Shown here in pieces: positions 18,064 through 27,996 of a stretch of DNA of 64,000 bases (the first letter of the stretch is position 1; each line of letters opens with the position of its first letter). The stretch is from Armatimonadetes bacterium UBA1398 (lineage in GTDB: Bacteria > Armatimonadota > Zipacnadia > UBA1398). The stretch is from assembly GCA_002305165.1 (NCBI GenBank), contig DBQI01000028.1:6801-70800 (forward strand), written 5' to 3'. The translations under genes were made by a program, and so were the position numbers. Below the pieces are notes generated by a model. It saw nothing but the letters and a program-made list of their open reading frames with translations, ran no database searches and was not told the origin of the DNA.

Positions 18064-19339
18064 GCCACTCCATCGCCGTGAGTTCCTACGTGCCGCTTTG
18101 ACCCTCGCATCGGGCGTTTTCGTCGCGGGGCGATCTATGGCCGGACCGCCCGGCGCGCCGATCGAGGACGATGTGCGGCTGGGCTTCATCGGCGTTGGCG
18201 ACCGAGGCGGCCGGCAACTGCTGGAGTGGGACTTCCTGCCCCTGCAGGGGGTGCGGATCGTGGCCGTTGCCGACCCATTCCAGTCCCGGCGCGAGGAACG
18301 GGCCGCCCGCGTGACGGAGCACTATGGCGATGGTGAACCATGCCGACCTTACCGGGACTTCCGCGACATGCTCGCCTCAGAGCAACTTCACGGCGTGGTC
18401 GTCGCTACTCACGATGGCTGGCATGTGCCCGCCGCCGCGGCGGCTATCCGCGCGGGTGTGGATGTCTACGTCGAGAAGCCCCTGGGCGTAACGATCGAGC
18501 AGGACCTGCGCCTTCGCAATCTGGCCCACCAGCATGGCGCCGTTTTCCAGTACGGCACCCAACAACGCTCCATGGCCCATTGCCGGCATGGCTGCGAACT
18601 CGTCAGAAACGGCCGGGTGGGCCGGATCGAGCGCATCGAGGTCATCGCCCCCCAGGGCTATGGCGGCGGCTCAACGGAGCCTCTCCCCGTGCCATCAGAC
18701 CTCGACTATGACCTGTGGCTGGGGCCCACACCCTACAGCCCGTACACTTCGGATCGCTGCGTGAACCGTGGCAGCTTCTTCGTCTACGACAACTCCATCG
18801 GCTTCCTCGGCGGCTGGGGCGCCCATCCGCTCGACATCCTCGACTGGGCCTATGGCGATGAAGACCGGGTGCCGGTCGAATACCGAGGCGAGGGGTTCAT
18901 ACCCGTCACGGGGCTGTACGATACGGTTACGACCTGGGAAGTGCATTGCCGGTACGCGGACGGCACTCCAATGGAGTTCCGCAGCGGAGCCACCGACCTC
19001 ACCCGGTTCATCGGGAGCGAAGGGTCGATCGACATCAGTCGGGGCGGGCTGGCCGCCGACCCGCCGGAGCTCCTAGAGTCGACCATCGAGCCCAGCGAGG
19101 TGCGGCTACCCTTTAGCCATCACCATGCTCAGAACTTCGTCGACGGGATCCGCACGAGAATCGCGCCTGTGAGCGACATCGATTCGGCAGTCCGAAGCGA
19201 CACGATCAGTCTGCTATCAGACATCGCCATCCGAACAGGGAGGGCGATCCGCTGGAACCCGCAGGCGGAGATGATCGTGGCAGATGAGGCCGCGCGGCGC
19301 ATGATGAGCCGTACGCCACGACCGGGGTGGGAGTGGTAG
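18050..19339 (+). CDS. Gfo/Idh/MocA family oxidoreductase with twin-arginine (Tat) signal
   Basis: MSRSEPLHRREFLRAALTLASGVFVAG Tat motif. GFIGVGDRG Rossmann motif. EKP motif. Start overlaps the ThuA stop. Confidence 0.8.
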   Translation: MSRSEPLHRREFLRAALTLASGVFVAGRSMAGPPGAPIEDDVRLGFIGVGDRGGRQLLEWDFLPLQGVRIVAVADPFQSRREERAARVTEHYGDGEPCRPYRDFRDMLASEQLHGVVVATHDGWHVPAAAAAIRAGVDVYVEKPLGVTIEQDLRLRNLAHQHGAVFQYGTQQRSMAHCRHGCELVRNGRVGRIERIEVIAPQGYGGGSTEPLPVPSDLDYDLWLGPTPYSPYTSDRCVNRGSFFVYDNSIGFLGGWGAHPLDILDWAYGDEDRVPVEYRGEGFIPVTGLYDTVTTWEVHCRYADGTPMEFRSGATDLTRFIGSEGSIDISRGGLAADPPELLESTIEPSEVRLPFSHHHAQNFVDGIRTRIAPVSDIDSAVRSDTISLLSDIAIRTGRAIRWNPQAEMIVADEAARRMMSRTPRPGWEW

Positions 19340-19434
19340 GGTCAGCCAGTCAGGGATCGCGGGAGGATGCGTGGCACGAAAAAGGAAATCGTGCTACGCT
19401 CTATCCACTCAGTCCCTGAAAGGTAGACCAACCG

Positions 19435-20097
19435 ATGCTTCCCCGCCGTGGCTTCACGCTCATCGAGTTGCTCGTTGTCATCGCGATCATCGCCATCTTG
19501 GCGGCGATCCTCTTCCCCGTCTTCGCGAAGGCTAGAGAGAAGGCACGGGCCACCTCGTGTCTTAGCAACTTCCGGCAGATGAGCCTCGCCTTCATTCAGT
19601 ACACTCAGGATTACGATGAGATGTACCCGATCAATCCGGAGTGGAAGGGACGGCTACAGCCGTACATCAAGACCACCGAGATCAACCGCTGTCCGAGCCG
19701 TCCGGAGCTTCCTTGGTACTACGGCCAGGGCTACAATATCGGTGTGCCGGCGATGCTGGGCACGCCGGTGCCAGGGCTCCCTGGACGGTCCGAGGGGACG
19801 GTGCGCCGACCGACCGGGACGATTCTGATGGCCGAGTGGGAGCGCTGCAACGCGGGTCCGCCGGCGGGGCCCAGAGGCCTCTTCGCGGGTGGCGCAACGG
19901 CTTTCTGGACGGTGTGCCGAATACACAACAGCGGGTCGAACGTAGCCTTCTGCGACGCCCATGCAAAGTGGATGCGGCCCGATGACTACCACTCGAACAC
20001 GGAGGAGATGCTCAATGACGGGACTCTGGTCCCTGCGAACGCGGCGGCCGTCCCCGAGAGCGTCTGGCGGCCCTTCTGGGACCCGACGTGGGACTGA
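19435..20097 (+). CDS. DUF1559 'H-X9-DG' protein with prepilin-type N-terminal cleavage/methylation domain
   Basis: [38 protein letters not shown] class-III signal. C-terminus [16 protein letters not shown]. Confidence 0.85.
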   Translation: MLPRRGFTLIELLVVIAIIAILAAILFPVFAKAREKARATSCLSNFRQMSLAFIQYTQDYDEMYPINPEWKGRLQPYIKTTEINRCPSRPELPWYYGQGYNIGVPAMLGTPVPGLPGRSEGTVRRPTGTILMAEWERCNAGPPAGPRGLFAGGATAFWTVCRIHNSGSNVAFCDAHAKWMRPDDYHSNTEEMLNDGTLVPANAAAVPESVWRPFWDPTWD

Positions 20098-20102
20098 GCC
20101 CC

Positions 20103-20684
20103 ATGACTGAGCCCTCGGCCTCGGAACAGACTGCGGCGCGCCATGAGCGCACCAGGGATCTGGTCTTCGGCGGGATGATGATCGCCTTGGGCGTTCTCGC
20201 GCCCATCGCGTTCCATGCCGCGGGTTGGGGCGGCGCTATCTTCCTGCCGATGCACCTTCCGGTGCTGATGGCGGGTCTCCTGGTCTCCTGGCGCGTGGCG
20301 CTGTTTGTCGGCCTGCTGACGCCCATCGTGTCGTCGGCGCTTACAGGGATGCCGCCGCCCCTCCCAACCACGCCGATCATGGCCGTCGAGCTGATCGTCC
20401 TCGCCGTGGCCGCGTCGCTGCTCCGTCGCACGGGGATGTCGGTATGGGTCGCTGCGCCCCTCGCCATAGGGGCGCGGATCGCCATTCGACCTGTGATCTT
20501 CCTGCTGGCCGTACCCCTGCTGCAGGTTGAGGCGGGGTTCCGCGAGTTCGTTATTGTGACTCTCCTGCAGGGTTGGCCGGGCATCGTGTTGCAGATACTC
20601 CTGGCGCCGACGTTGGTGGCCCTGATCGAGGGGCAGCGAACCGCGCACGTGGCGTCGAGCACGGGAGAGGTCGATCCCCCATGA
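20103..20684 (+). CDS. ECF transporter S (substrate-capture) component, unknown substrate
   Basis: About 190-aa polytopic membrane protein with 5-6 hydrophobic helices. Immediately upstream of the EcfT/EcfA genes. Its stop overlaps the next start (ATGA). Confidence 0.55.
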   Translation: MTEPSASEQTAARHERTRDLVFGGMMIALGVLAPIAFHAAGWGGAIFLPMHLPVLMAGLLVSWRVALFVGLLTPIVSSALTGMPPPLPTTPIMAVELIVLAVAASLLRRTGMSVWVAAPLAIGARIAIRPVIFLLAVPLLQVEAGFREFVIVTLLQGWPGIVLQILLAPTLVALIEGQRTAHVASSTGEVDPP

Positions 20685-21103
20685 GCGAGACCCTCGATCT
20701 GATCTGCAGGATCCACGGCCATGTGGGCCCCTACGTGGTGGCTGGGGTGCGGGCCGGAGAGAGCGCGCTGGAGCACCTCGACGCGCGGCCTCACTTCGGC
20801 GTGGACGCCATCGTCACGGCGCCCGACGCGCCTCCGCCGTCGTGTTTCATCGACGGTGTGCAGCTCAGTACCGGCTGCACCCTCGGCAAGCGGAACATCG
20901 AGCACGTGATCGGCGAGACGGTGGAGCTGATCCTGCGCAACCGCGACACGGGCGAAGCGGTGCGGGTCGTCCTGAACCAGGACCTGGTGGCGCGGGCTGT
21001 GGAGATCCTACAGATGCGGAGCGACGTCGAGGCGGGCGCCTTCATGCTGGAGTGCCCGTGGGATGAGCTCCTCACCCTCGAAGCGTGCCAGTGGCCCCGC
21101 TGA
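20681..21103 (+). CDS. FmdE-family (formylmethanofuran dehydrogenase subunit E-like) domain protein
   Basis: MSETLDLICRIHGHVGPYVVAGVRAG and DGVQLSTGCTLGKRN match FmdE/FwdE conserved motifs. Translationally coupled between the ECF S and T genes. Confidence 0.6.
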   Translation: MSETLDLICRIHGHVGPYVVAGVRAGESALEHLDARPHFGVDAIVTAPDAPPPSCFIDGVQLSTGCTLGKRNIEHVIGETVELILRNRDTGEAVRVVLNQDLVARAVEILQMRSDVEAGAFMLECPWDELLTLEACQWPR

Positions 21104-21843
21104 GCCCCCTCGGGCGGGCCCTCGGCTGGCTGAGTCCTCCCGCGCGGGGCGCGATGGGGCTGCTCTGGATCATCGCGGCCTGCGTGCCCTCGGTGACTCG
21201 CCCGCTGGGCCTCAGTATCACAGCCACTCTGGCGTTGATTGGGCTGCTGCTGGCCGGCGGCTCGCTGAAAGCCGTGGGACTGCGGCTCGTGGGGGTGTTG
21301 AGCTTCACCGTGCTGACTGTCCTGGGGCTGGCCGTATTGCCCAGCCAGCCCGGCGCCACTCTCGTGGCGCTGCCGCTCGGGTTGGCGGCGCCTGCGGAGG
21401 GCCTCTTCTTCGTGCTCGACATCGCTGTGCGCGCGGCGCTCCTCATCACGGTCGCGCTCGCTCTGGGCCGGGTCTTCACGGCCCGGGAGTTCCTGCTGGC
21501 CCTCAATGGGCTCCCCATTCCGACCACGCCCCGGTGCTTGCTGTACCTCAGCGGCCTGAGTCTGTCCCGCGTGAAGGCCGACCTCTTCCGGCTGTTCCGC
21601 GCGCGCAGAGCGAGGGGCGGTGTCAGAGGCTGGTCGGCGGTCCGCTCCTCTATGAGCATCCTCGGAGTCCTCATCGTGCGAGCAGGCCGCTCAGCGGAGC
21701 GACAGGCCTTCGCGCTCCAAGCCCGGGGCTTCGCGGACCGGTTCCCCACCCTCGATGACGAGAGCCCGAGCCTCCCCCTCCCCGAACTGGTGGTTGCGGC
21801 GGTCCTGGGAGGTGTGCCGGTATGGCTGGCAACGCTGGCCTAA
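21085..21843 (+). CDS. ecfT: Energy-coupling factor transporter transmembrane component EcfT (CbiQ family)
   Basis: Polytopic membrane protein of CbiQ length. Overlaps EcfA at its 3' end and the FmdE gene at its 5' end. Confidence 0.7.
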   Translation: MPVAPLSPLGRALGWLSPPARGAMGLLWIIAACVPSVTRPLGLSITATLALIGLLLAGGSLKAVGLRLVGVLSFTVLTVLGLAVLPSQPGATLVALPLGLAAPAEGLFFVLDIAVRAALLITVALALGRVFTAREFLLALNGLPIPTTPRCLLYLSGLSLSRVKADLFRLFRARRARGGVRGWSAVRSSMSILGVLIVRAGRSAERQAFALQARGFADRFPTLDDESPSLPLPELVVAAVLGGVPVWLATLA

Positions 21844-22499
21844 TAGCCGCCGAGGGGCTGTGCTATGCGTTCCCCAACGGCGTGAGCGCCCTGGATCAGG
21901 TCCAACTCCGCGTTCATGCCGGTGAGCGTGTTGCCCTGATCGGCGCGAATGGCGCGGGGAAGTCCACGCTTCTCCTGGCACTCGCGGAGCTGCTGCCGTG
22001 TCGGGGCAAGGTACGGCGCGCCCCGGGCTGTCGAGTCAGCATCGTGTTCCAGGATCCGGACGACCAGCTCTTCATGCCGAGCGTGCTTGACGAGGTCGCC
22101 TTCGCGCCACTCAACGCTGGGTTGGCGAGGCCGGAGGCCCGAAAGCAGGCCATGGCCGCTCTTGAGCGGTTCGGCCTTGCGGGGCTGGAAGAGCGGCATC
22201 CCAGCGCCCTGAGCATCGGGCAGCGCAAACGGCTGTGCCTCGCCATCGCTATGGCGATGACGCCGGACCTGCTGCTCCTCGATGAGCCCTTCGCGGGACT
22301 CGATCCGGCGGGCTCTCGCGAGTTGGCACGGTGGCTCGGTGGCCTCGAGGTCGCCTTCGTGCTCGCCACGCACAACCTCGAGCTTGCCGGCTCCCTGACC
22401 GAGCGCTGCGTGGTGCTTCAGGGGGGACGTGTGGTTCTGGAGTGCCCCACCGCGGAGGCGATCGCGGACGCTGACCGGCTGCGGGATATGGGACTCTGA
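21822..22499 (+). CDS. ecfA: ECF transporter ATP-binding protein (CbiO/EcfA-type ABC ATPase)
   Basis: Walker A GANGAGKST. ABC signature LSIGQRKR. Walker B LLLLDEPFAGLD. Confidence 0.85.
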   Translation: MAGNAGLIAAEGLCYAFPNGVSALDQVQLRVHAGERVALIGANGAGKSTLLLALAELLPCRGKVRRAPGCRVSIVFQDPDDQLFMPSVLDEVAFAPLNAGLARPEARKQAMAALERFGLAGLEERHPSALSIGQRKRLCLAIAMAMTPDLLLLDEPFAGLDPAGSRELARWLGGLEVAFVLATHNLELAGSLTERCVVLQGGRVVLECPTAEAIADADRLRDMGL

Positions 22500-22587
22500 G
22501 GCCATCGACCCAGGGGGAATGGGGGCTGTGCCGCGAATACCCACCCCAGGCGCTACAGATCACCGGCGCCCCTCGGAGGCGAACTCT

Positions 22588-24009
22588 ATGCGATCCCTGC
22601 CGCTGGCACTGTTCATCCTCTGTGCGCCCGCCGGCGCCCTGGCTCAGGAGGAGTCCATGAACCCCCTCACCGACTGGTTCCATGAAGCTGGGTACGGTGT
22701 CTTCGTCCACTATCTCGAGGGCTTGCAGAACAACCCTGAGAGCCTGCAGAGCCTCGGCCGTGGAACCTCGTGGGACGAGTGCGTCGCGGAGTTCGACACG
22801 GAGCTGTTCGCGGAGACGATGGTCGAGGTTCGGGCGCGGTATGTGATCTTCACCATCATGCAGATCCAGCGAACGCTCATCGCCCCGAACCAGACCTTCG
22901 ATCAGATCAGCGGGTATGCGCCAGGGGAGGCGTGCGCGACCCGGGACCTGATCGCCGACCTGGCGGAGTCTCTCAACAAGCGCGGCATCCGGCTCATGCT
23001 CTACTTCACCGGCGACGGACCACGCGGCGATGCCCAAGCGGCGCAGGCATTCGGATGGGGCGATCCCGTGAGCGATGAGTTCGTGGAGAAGTGGACGAGC
23101 GTTGCGCGCGAGTACAGCGATCGGTATGGCGAGCGCGTAGCAGGTTGGTGGGTCGATGGTTGCTACCCATGGATCGGGTACAACGATGAGAACCTGGCAG
23201 TCTTCGCGGCAGCGCTGAAGGCGGGCAACCCAGCGTCCATCGTGGCCTTCAACCGCGGCGTGGACCCCTCCGTGCTGTCCTATACTCCCCATGAGGACTA
23301 CACGTGCGGGGAGCAGAACCGCTTCTACGACATGCCCGTGTCGCGGTTCATCGAAGGGGAGCAGTGGCACATCCTGAGCTACCTGGGCGACTGGTGGGGC
23401 GGCCCCGGCAGCAACTACACCAAGCGTGAGCTGGCCGACTACGTCTGGGACGTTCACCAGCGCGGCGGCGTGGTATCCATCGACGTCGCTCTCTTCCGCG
23501 ATGGCAGCCTGGACCGCTCCCAGATAGAGATGCTCAAGGCCGTGGGCGCGATGATGGACGAAGGGCAGGCCTGGGAGCCGATACCGCCTGGCAATGTGGC
23601 CTTTCGCAAGCCCAGTCGGCTCCTGAGCCTCGACGGCATCCGCGAGCTGGTACCCAGCTCCCAGATCCACTATGCCCGCAATGGCGTAGATGGCGACCCA
23701 GCGACGGTAGCACAGGGCGCCCACGAGTGGCCGTGGACCTACCACGTTGACCTCATCGACACAGTGGCTGTGGGACGCCTCAGGGTGACCTTCGGCGGGA
23801 CCTACCCGACGCACGTGGAGATCCGACTCTCGGCCGACGGCCAGGAGTGGACGACCGTGCTTGCTCGCGAGGATCACGACGGGACGCCGCTGGAGGTCAC
23901 CGTAGACCCCGTCGAAGCCCGCTATGTGCGCGTGCTCTCGTTCAAGCCCGATGGGCCTGACCAACCCGGCGGACAGATGTCCGTGGCCGAACTCGAGGTC
24001 TACGAGTGA
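22588..24009 (+). CDS. Putative alpha-L-fucosidase-like (GH29-like) glycoside hydrolase with C-terminal F5/8 type C domain
   Basis: GGAGG RBS. Signal peptide MRSLPLALFILCAPAGALA. GH29-like core (GYGVFVHY, ARYVIFTIMQIQRTLIAPNQTF, RGIRLMLYFT). Discoidin-like C-terminus ending ELEVYE. Confidence 0.5.
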   Translation: MRSLPLALFILCAPAGALAQEESMNPLTDWFHEAGYGVFVHYLEGLQNNPESLQSLGRGTSWDECVAEFDTELFAETMVEVRARYVIFTIMQIQRTLIAPNQTFDQISGYAPGEACATRDLIADLAESLNKRGIRLMLYFTGDGPRGDAQAAQAFGWGDPVSDEFVEKWTSVAREYSDRYGERVAGWWVDGCYPWIGYNDENLAVFAAALKAGNPASIVAFNRGVDPSVLSYTPHEDYTCGEQNRFYDMPVSRFIEGEQWHILSYLGDWWGGPGSNYTKRELADYVWDVHQRGGVVSIDVALFRDGSLDRSQIEMLKAVGAMMDEGQAWEPIPPGNVAFRKPSRLLSLDGIRELVPSSQIHYARNGVDGDPATVAQGAHEWPWTYHVDLIDTVAVGRLRVTFGGTYPTHVEIRLSADGQEWTTVLAREDHDGTPLEVTVDPVEARYVRVLSFKPDGPDQPGGQMSVAELEVYE

Positions 24010-24122
24010 ACTCGACGCCCCCTACACGGTAGCCTCCGAGTACCAAGTGACCGCCAAAGCCGCGACGGCAGCCACGGTGAGCTCCGCGCGCCGGTTATTC
24101 CGTATGCCTATCTCCCAGAGCA

Positions 24123-25277
24123 TCACGCTCTGAACAGCGGCACATCCACTGGCTCGCCTCCACGAGAGACGGACTCGATGGAGAGCGGGACGATGGAGCT
24201 CCACGCCACGGCATCGTAGACGTCGATGGGCGGCGGCTCGCCGGTGAGGACGGCCTGAATGAAGTCGGCGACGACGAAGTAGTCGCCGCCCCCGTGTCCC
24301 GCAGCTTGCGCTGTCTCTCCCTCTGCCTTCCACCGTGGATGCTCGAAGTCATCGGCTAGCTCCCACAGCGACTGCCATTGGGGCTCGCCCTCGGGAGAGC
24401 GATCCTTGATCCACACCAGGGGCGACTCGCCGTGCCAGCGCTCCGAGAGGTACGAGCCAGACGTCCCCTGGAGCACGTAGTGGGTCATGTTGTGCGGCCG
24501 GGGTGAAGCACTGTCGACACGGAGGACGATGACGCATCCCCGCCGCGTGGTGATGACGGTAGTGGCGGAGTCGCCGGCTGGCATGCGGTTCGGGGAGGCT
24601 AGCGGATGGTCCGACCCCATGTGTTCCGCCACGTAGCGCCACCCGCCTTCGGCCCGAGTCACGAAGGTCGCCGTGCTCACCATCCGATCACCGCGATGGA
24701 TACCGAGCCACTGGGCCACGGGTCCCAGGGAGTGGGTGGGGTACCAGTTCCCCTGCACCGGGTTCGCTCGGGACCGGCCGCGCCAGTTCAGCGACCCATC
24801 GGGGTCGAACATGAGGCTACGGCAGTCGTGGATGTACGCTCCCTCGGCGTAAGTGGGCTCGCCGAGCACGCCCTGCCGCACCATGTTCAGCACCATCATG
24901 TTAGGCCGTGTGTAGCAGTAGTTCTCGGCCATCATGTAGGTCTTGCCCGAGGCCCGTACCGCCTCGATGAGCCGCCAGCAATCCTCGATGGTTGTGGCGG
25001 CGTAGACCTCGGAGAGAACATGCAGCCCAGCCTGGAGAGCTTGAACGGCCTGCTCGGCATGTAGCGCCGGAGGAGTTGCCACGAATACGGCATCGATCTC
25101 TCCGGAGCCAAGCATGTCCTCATACCGGGCGTACGTCTTCAAGTCGGGCTGATCGCGCCGCCAGCGCTCCAGCACGGTTTCGTCGATATCACAGACGGCG
25201 GAGAGCCGCACCTTGTCTGGCAGGACCCTCTCGGCGCCGACCACGCAGCCTCCCCGGTTCCCGCCGACGACACCCAT
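24123..25277 (-). CDS. Gfo/Idh/MocA family oxidoreductase
   Basis: MGVVGGNRGG Rossmann N-terminus and MocA-like body. 385 aa. Confidence 0.75.
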   Translation of the reverse strand: MGVVGGNRGGCVVGAERVLPDKVRLSAVCDIDETVLERWRRDQPDLKTYARYEDMLGSGEIDAVFVATPPALHAEQAVQALQAGLHVLSEVYAATTIEDCWRLIEAVRASGKTYMMAENYCYTRPNMMVLNMVRQGVLGEPTYAEGAYIHDCRSLMFDPDGSLNWRGRSRANPVQGNWYPTHSLGPVAQWLGIHRGDRMVSTATFVTRAEGGWRYVAEHMGSDHPLASPNRMPAGDSATTVITTRRGCVIVLRVDSASPRPHNMTHYVLQGTSGSYLSERWHGESPLVWIKDRSPEGEPQWQSLWELADDFEHPRWKAEGETAQAAGHGGGDYFVVADFIQAVLTGEPPPIDVYDAVAWSSIVPLSIESVSRGGEPVDVPLFRA

Positions 25278-25547
25278 ACGCACAGGGCCTCCGTGAGCCA
25301 ATCGATACCCTCCTCGGTTGCACGTTCATGCCTGACGGGGGTGGTGCTTCTCTGTCCGATACCCCAGCGCCTTCGGATGGCTGTTGGCCGGGACCGTGGC
25401 GCAGTTTGGGCATCAAAACCTATAACCAGCTTCACTGTACGCCTCGGAGACGGTGAACAGGCCCGCCGAGCCAGCCGTTCTACCCATGAGGGCAAGCGTA
25501 TCGGGGTGGGGCGCCCTCTGCGACTGTGTGGTAAGGGACCGTGTGAC

Positions 25548-27968
25548 ATGGCTACCAAGAAGCAGACTAGACGTCCGAAGGCTGCGAGTCGGCGGCCTGC
25601 GGACATCCCCGAGGATGTCCGAGTGAAGTACGAGATCGGCGGCATCCTTCTGGGCACTTTCGGGGCAGTGATACTCGTAGCCCTGACTCTGGGCATCCGC
25701 GGACCCGCCGGGGAGGCCATCCAGGAGACCATGTTCGTGCTATTCGGCGCCGGGGCTGCCCTGGTGCCGTTGGCGATCATTGCCATAGCCGCCTACCTGT
25801 GCTTCCGTCTGGAACCCCTTCCCTGGTCCCCCAAAGCCATCGCCATAGGGTGCCTCTATGTCATCGCCCTGGCAGGCGTGCACTGCTTTGCGCCGGCGGG
25901 CGAGGAGTTCCAGCTGGACGTGCTGATGAGCCACGGCGGCTACCTGGGGGCCATCCCTTGCATCGTCCTTCGCGCGCTCTTCGGCCCCACAGGCGCAGGA
26001 ATCATCCTCGCCGGGCTTGGCTTGGCGGCGATCAGCACCCTCCTGAAGCGGCCCGTGGCCTATATCGCCCAGGACGTCTACGCGAGCGCTGGCGGAGCCG
26101 CGGAGTCAATGCGGCAACGTATGAGCGCACGAACCGAGGACCGACGGCGCCAACGGCTTGCGCGGGACAAGGAGCGCCAGCGCCTCGCCAAGGAGCGTCC
26201 GAGCCGCGAGTCGAACGCCGGCTCCCAGTTCCGCAGGAAGATTGAGGAGACCACCATCGAGGCGCCGGAAGCTCATCCGCTGCCCGAGGCGAATGGCCAG
26301 TACCCCCTCTTCGGCGACAAGCTGGCATCGCGGCCCATCGACGATGAGGTGCCCGAGGGGTTCGAGGATGGCGGCGAGCGGATACGCGAGGAGGATATCC
26401 CCGCCTTCCTGAGAGCCGGCGCTCACGAAGGGAGTGGTGCGCGGGGAAAAGCTCCAGAGGCCTCGCCCCTCGAGGCCGTGCCACGTCGGCAGGGACCCTA
26501 CGAGCCACCTACGGCGGAACTCCTGGACGCGCCGGGGCCCGTAGACGTTAGGCGGCAGGAACGCGAGACCAAAGAGAACATCGCTATCCTCGAGGACACG
26601 CTGGCGAGCTTCAAGATTGGGGCACGAGTCGTCTCCATTGAGCGCGGCCCCGCCATCACCCGTTACGAGGTGGAGCCCGACAAGGGCATTCGAGTGGCGC
26701 GTATCGCCGCCCTCGCCGATGACCTGGCACGCGTGCTCGAGGCAGTGGATGTTCGGATCGAGGCGCCCGTCCCCGGCACCTCCGTGGTCGGGATCGAGGT
26801 TCCGAACAGGACCCGGGGCCTCGTGACTCTCCGTGACATCCTCACCTCGGACGAGATGCTCTCCAACCCCAGCCCCTTGGCCTTCGCCCTCGGCAAGGAC
26901 ATCGCCGGCCAGGTGGTCGTCGGTGACCTGTCGCGCATGCCCCACCTGCTCGTCGCCGGAGCCACGAACTCGGGCAAGAGCGTCTGCCTGAACGCGCTGA
27001 TCCTCTCCATCGTCTTCCGCGCCTCGCCCGACGAGGTCAAGTTCCTCATGATCGACCCCAAACGGGTCGAGCTGTCCCTCTACGACGATATTCCCCATCT
27101 CATCGCACCCGTCGTGCATGACGCGAAGGAAGCGGCTGGGCTGCTGCGCCACGCCATCGTCGAGATGGAGCAGCGGTACCGGACCCTCGCGGGCCTAGGG
27201 GTTCGCAATATCACGGAGTACATCGAACTCGCCCAGGAGCGCGACGATCTCGAGCCGATGCCCTATATCGTCATCGTCGTCGATGAGTTGGCCGATCTGA
27301 TGATGCAGGCCGCGGCCGAGTTCGAGCACTCCATCTGCCGTATCGCTCAGCTGGCGCGCGCCGTGGGGATTCACCTCGTCGTCGCGACTCAGCGACCGTC
27401 GGTCAACGTCGTCACGGGCACCATCAAGGCGAACATCCCCTCCCGCATCTCCTTCGCCGTGTCGAGCCAGACCGACTCGCGGGTCATCCTGGACCAAGTC
27501 GGCGCGGATCGCCTCATCGGACAGGGCGACATGCTCTACTCACCCATCGACGCAAGCAAGCCAAAGCGCATCCAGGGCGCCTACGTCTCCGTCAAGGAGA
27601 TCAACCGGGTCGTGCAGTACCTCCACTCATGGGGCGAACCCGAGTTCGAACTGGAACCCCTCCCCGTGGACACCATGAAGGGGGCCGTGGACCTGCCGTC
27701 GGGCGTGGATGACGAGGGTGTCGATGACGATCTCTTCGGTGAGATCGTGGGTTTCGTCACCACGCAGAAGCGGGTCTCTACCTCGATGCTACAGCGCAAG
27801 TTCCGCATCGGCTATAACCGGGCAGCCCGGCTGATTGACATCCTGGAGGACAAGGGCGTCGTAGGCCCCGCTGACGGTTCGAAGCCTCGCAGGGTTCTCA
27901 ACGGTTTCGCGGGAACGTCTGTATCGCTCGATGAGGATGACGACGCTTACGACGAGGCGACCGGCTAA
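25548..27968 (+). CDS. ftsK: DNA translocase FtsK (FtsK/SpoIIIE family)
   Basis: N-terminal TM helices. Walker A GATNSGKS. VVDELADLMM. ATQRPS. C-terminal gamma domain RKFRIGYNRAARLIDILE. Confidence 0.9.
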   Translation: MATKKQTRRPKAASRRPADIPEDVRVKYEIGGILLGTFGAVILVALTLGIRGPAGEAIQETMFVLFGAGAALVPLAIIAIAAYLCFRLEPLPWSPKAIAIGCLYVIALAGVHCFAPAGEEFQLDVLMSHGGYLGAIPCIVLRALFGPTGAGIILAGLGLAAISTLLKRPVAYIAQDVYASAGGAAESMRQRMSARTEDRRRQRLARDKERQRLAKERPSRESNAGSQFRRKIEETTIEAPEAHPLPEANGQYPLFGDKLASRPIDDEVPEGFEDGGERIREEDIPAFLRAGAHEGSGARGKAPEASPLEAVPRRQGPYEPPTAELLDAPGPVDVRRQERETKENIAILEDTLASFKIGARVVSIERGPAITRYEVEPDKGIRVARIAALADDLARVLEAVDVRIEAPVPGTSVVGIEVPNRTRGLVTLRDILTSDEMLSNPSPLAFALGKDIAGQVVVGDLSRMPHLLVAGATNSGKSVCLNALILSIVFRASPDEVKFLMIDPKRVELSLYDDIPHLIAPVVHDAKEAAGLLRHAIVEMEQRYRTLAGLGVRNITEYIELAQERDDLEPMPYIVIVVDELADLMMQAAAEFEHSICRIAQLARAVGIHLVVATQRPSVNVVTGTIKANIPSRISFAVSSQTDSRVILDQVGADRLIGQGDMLYSPIDASKPKRIQGAYVSVKEINRVVQYLHSWGEPEFELEPLPVDTMKGAVDLPSGVDDEGVDDDLFGEIVGFVTTQKRVSTSMLQRKFRIGYNRAARLIDILEDKGVVGPADGSKPRRVLNGFAGTSVSLDEDDDAYDEATG

Positions 27969-27996
27969 CCGCCGGCACCGGAGGAGACTACCCGCG

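Noticed and set aside
22249-23964. 571-aa minus-strand ORF opposite the fucosidase-like gene
   Set aside because: No recognisable domains, Arg/Pro/Gly-rich. The plus-strand gene has an RBS, a signal peptide and GH29-like and discoidin motifs.
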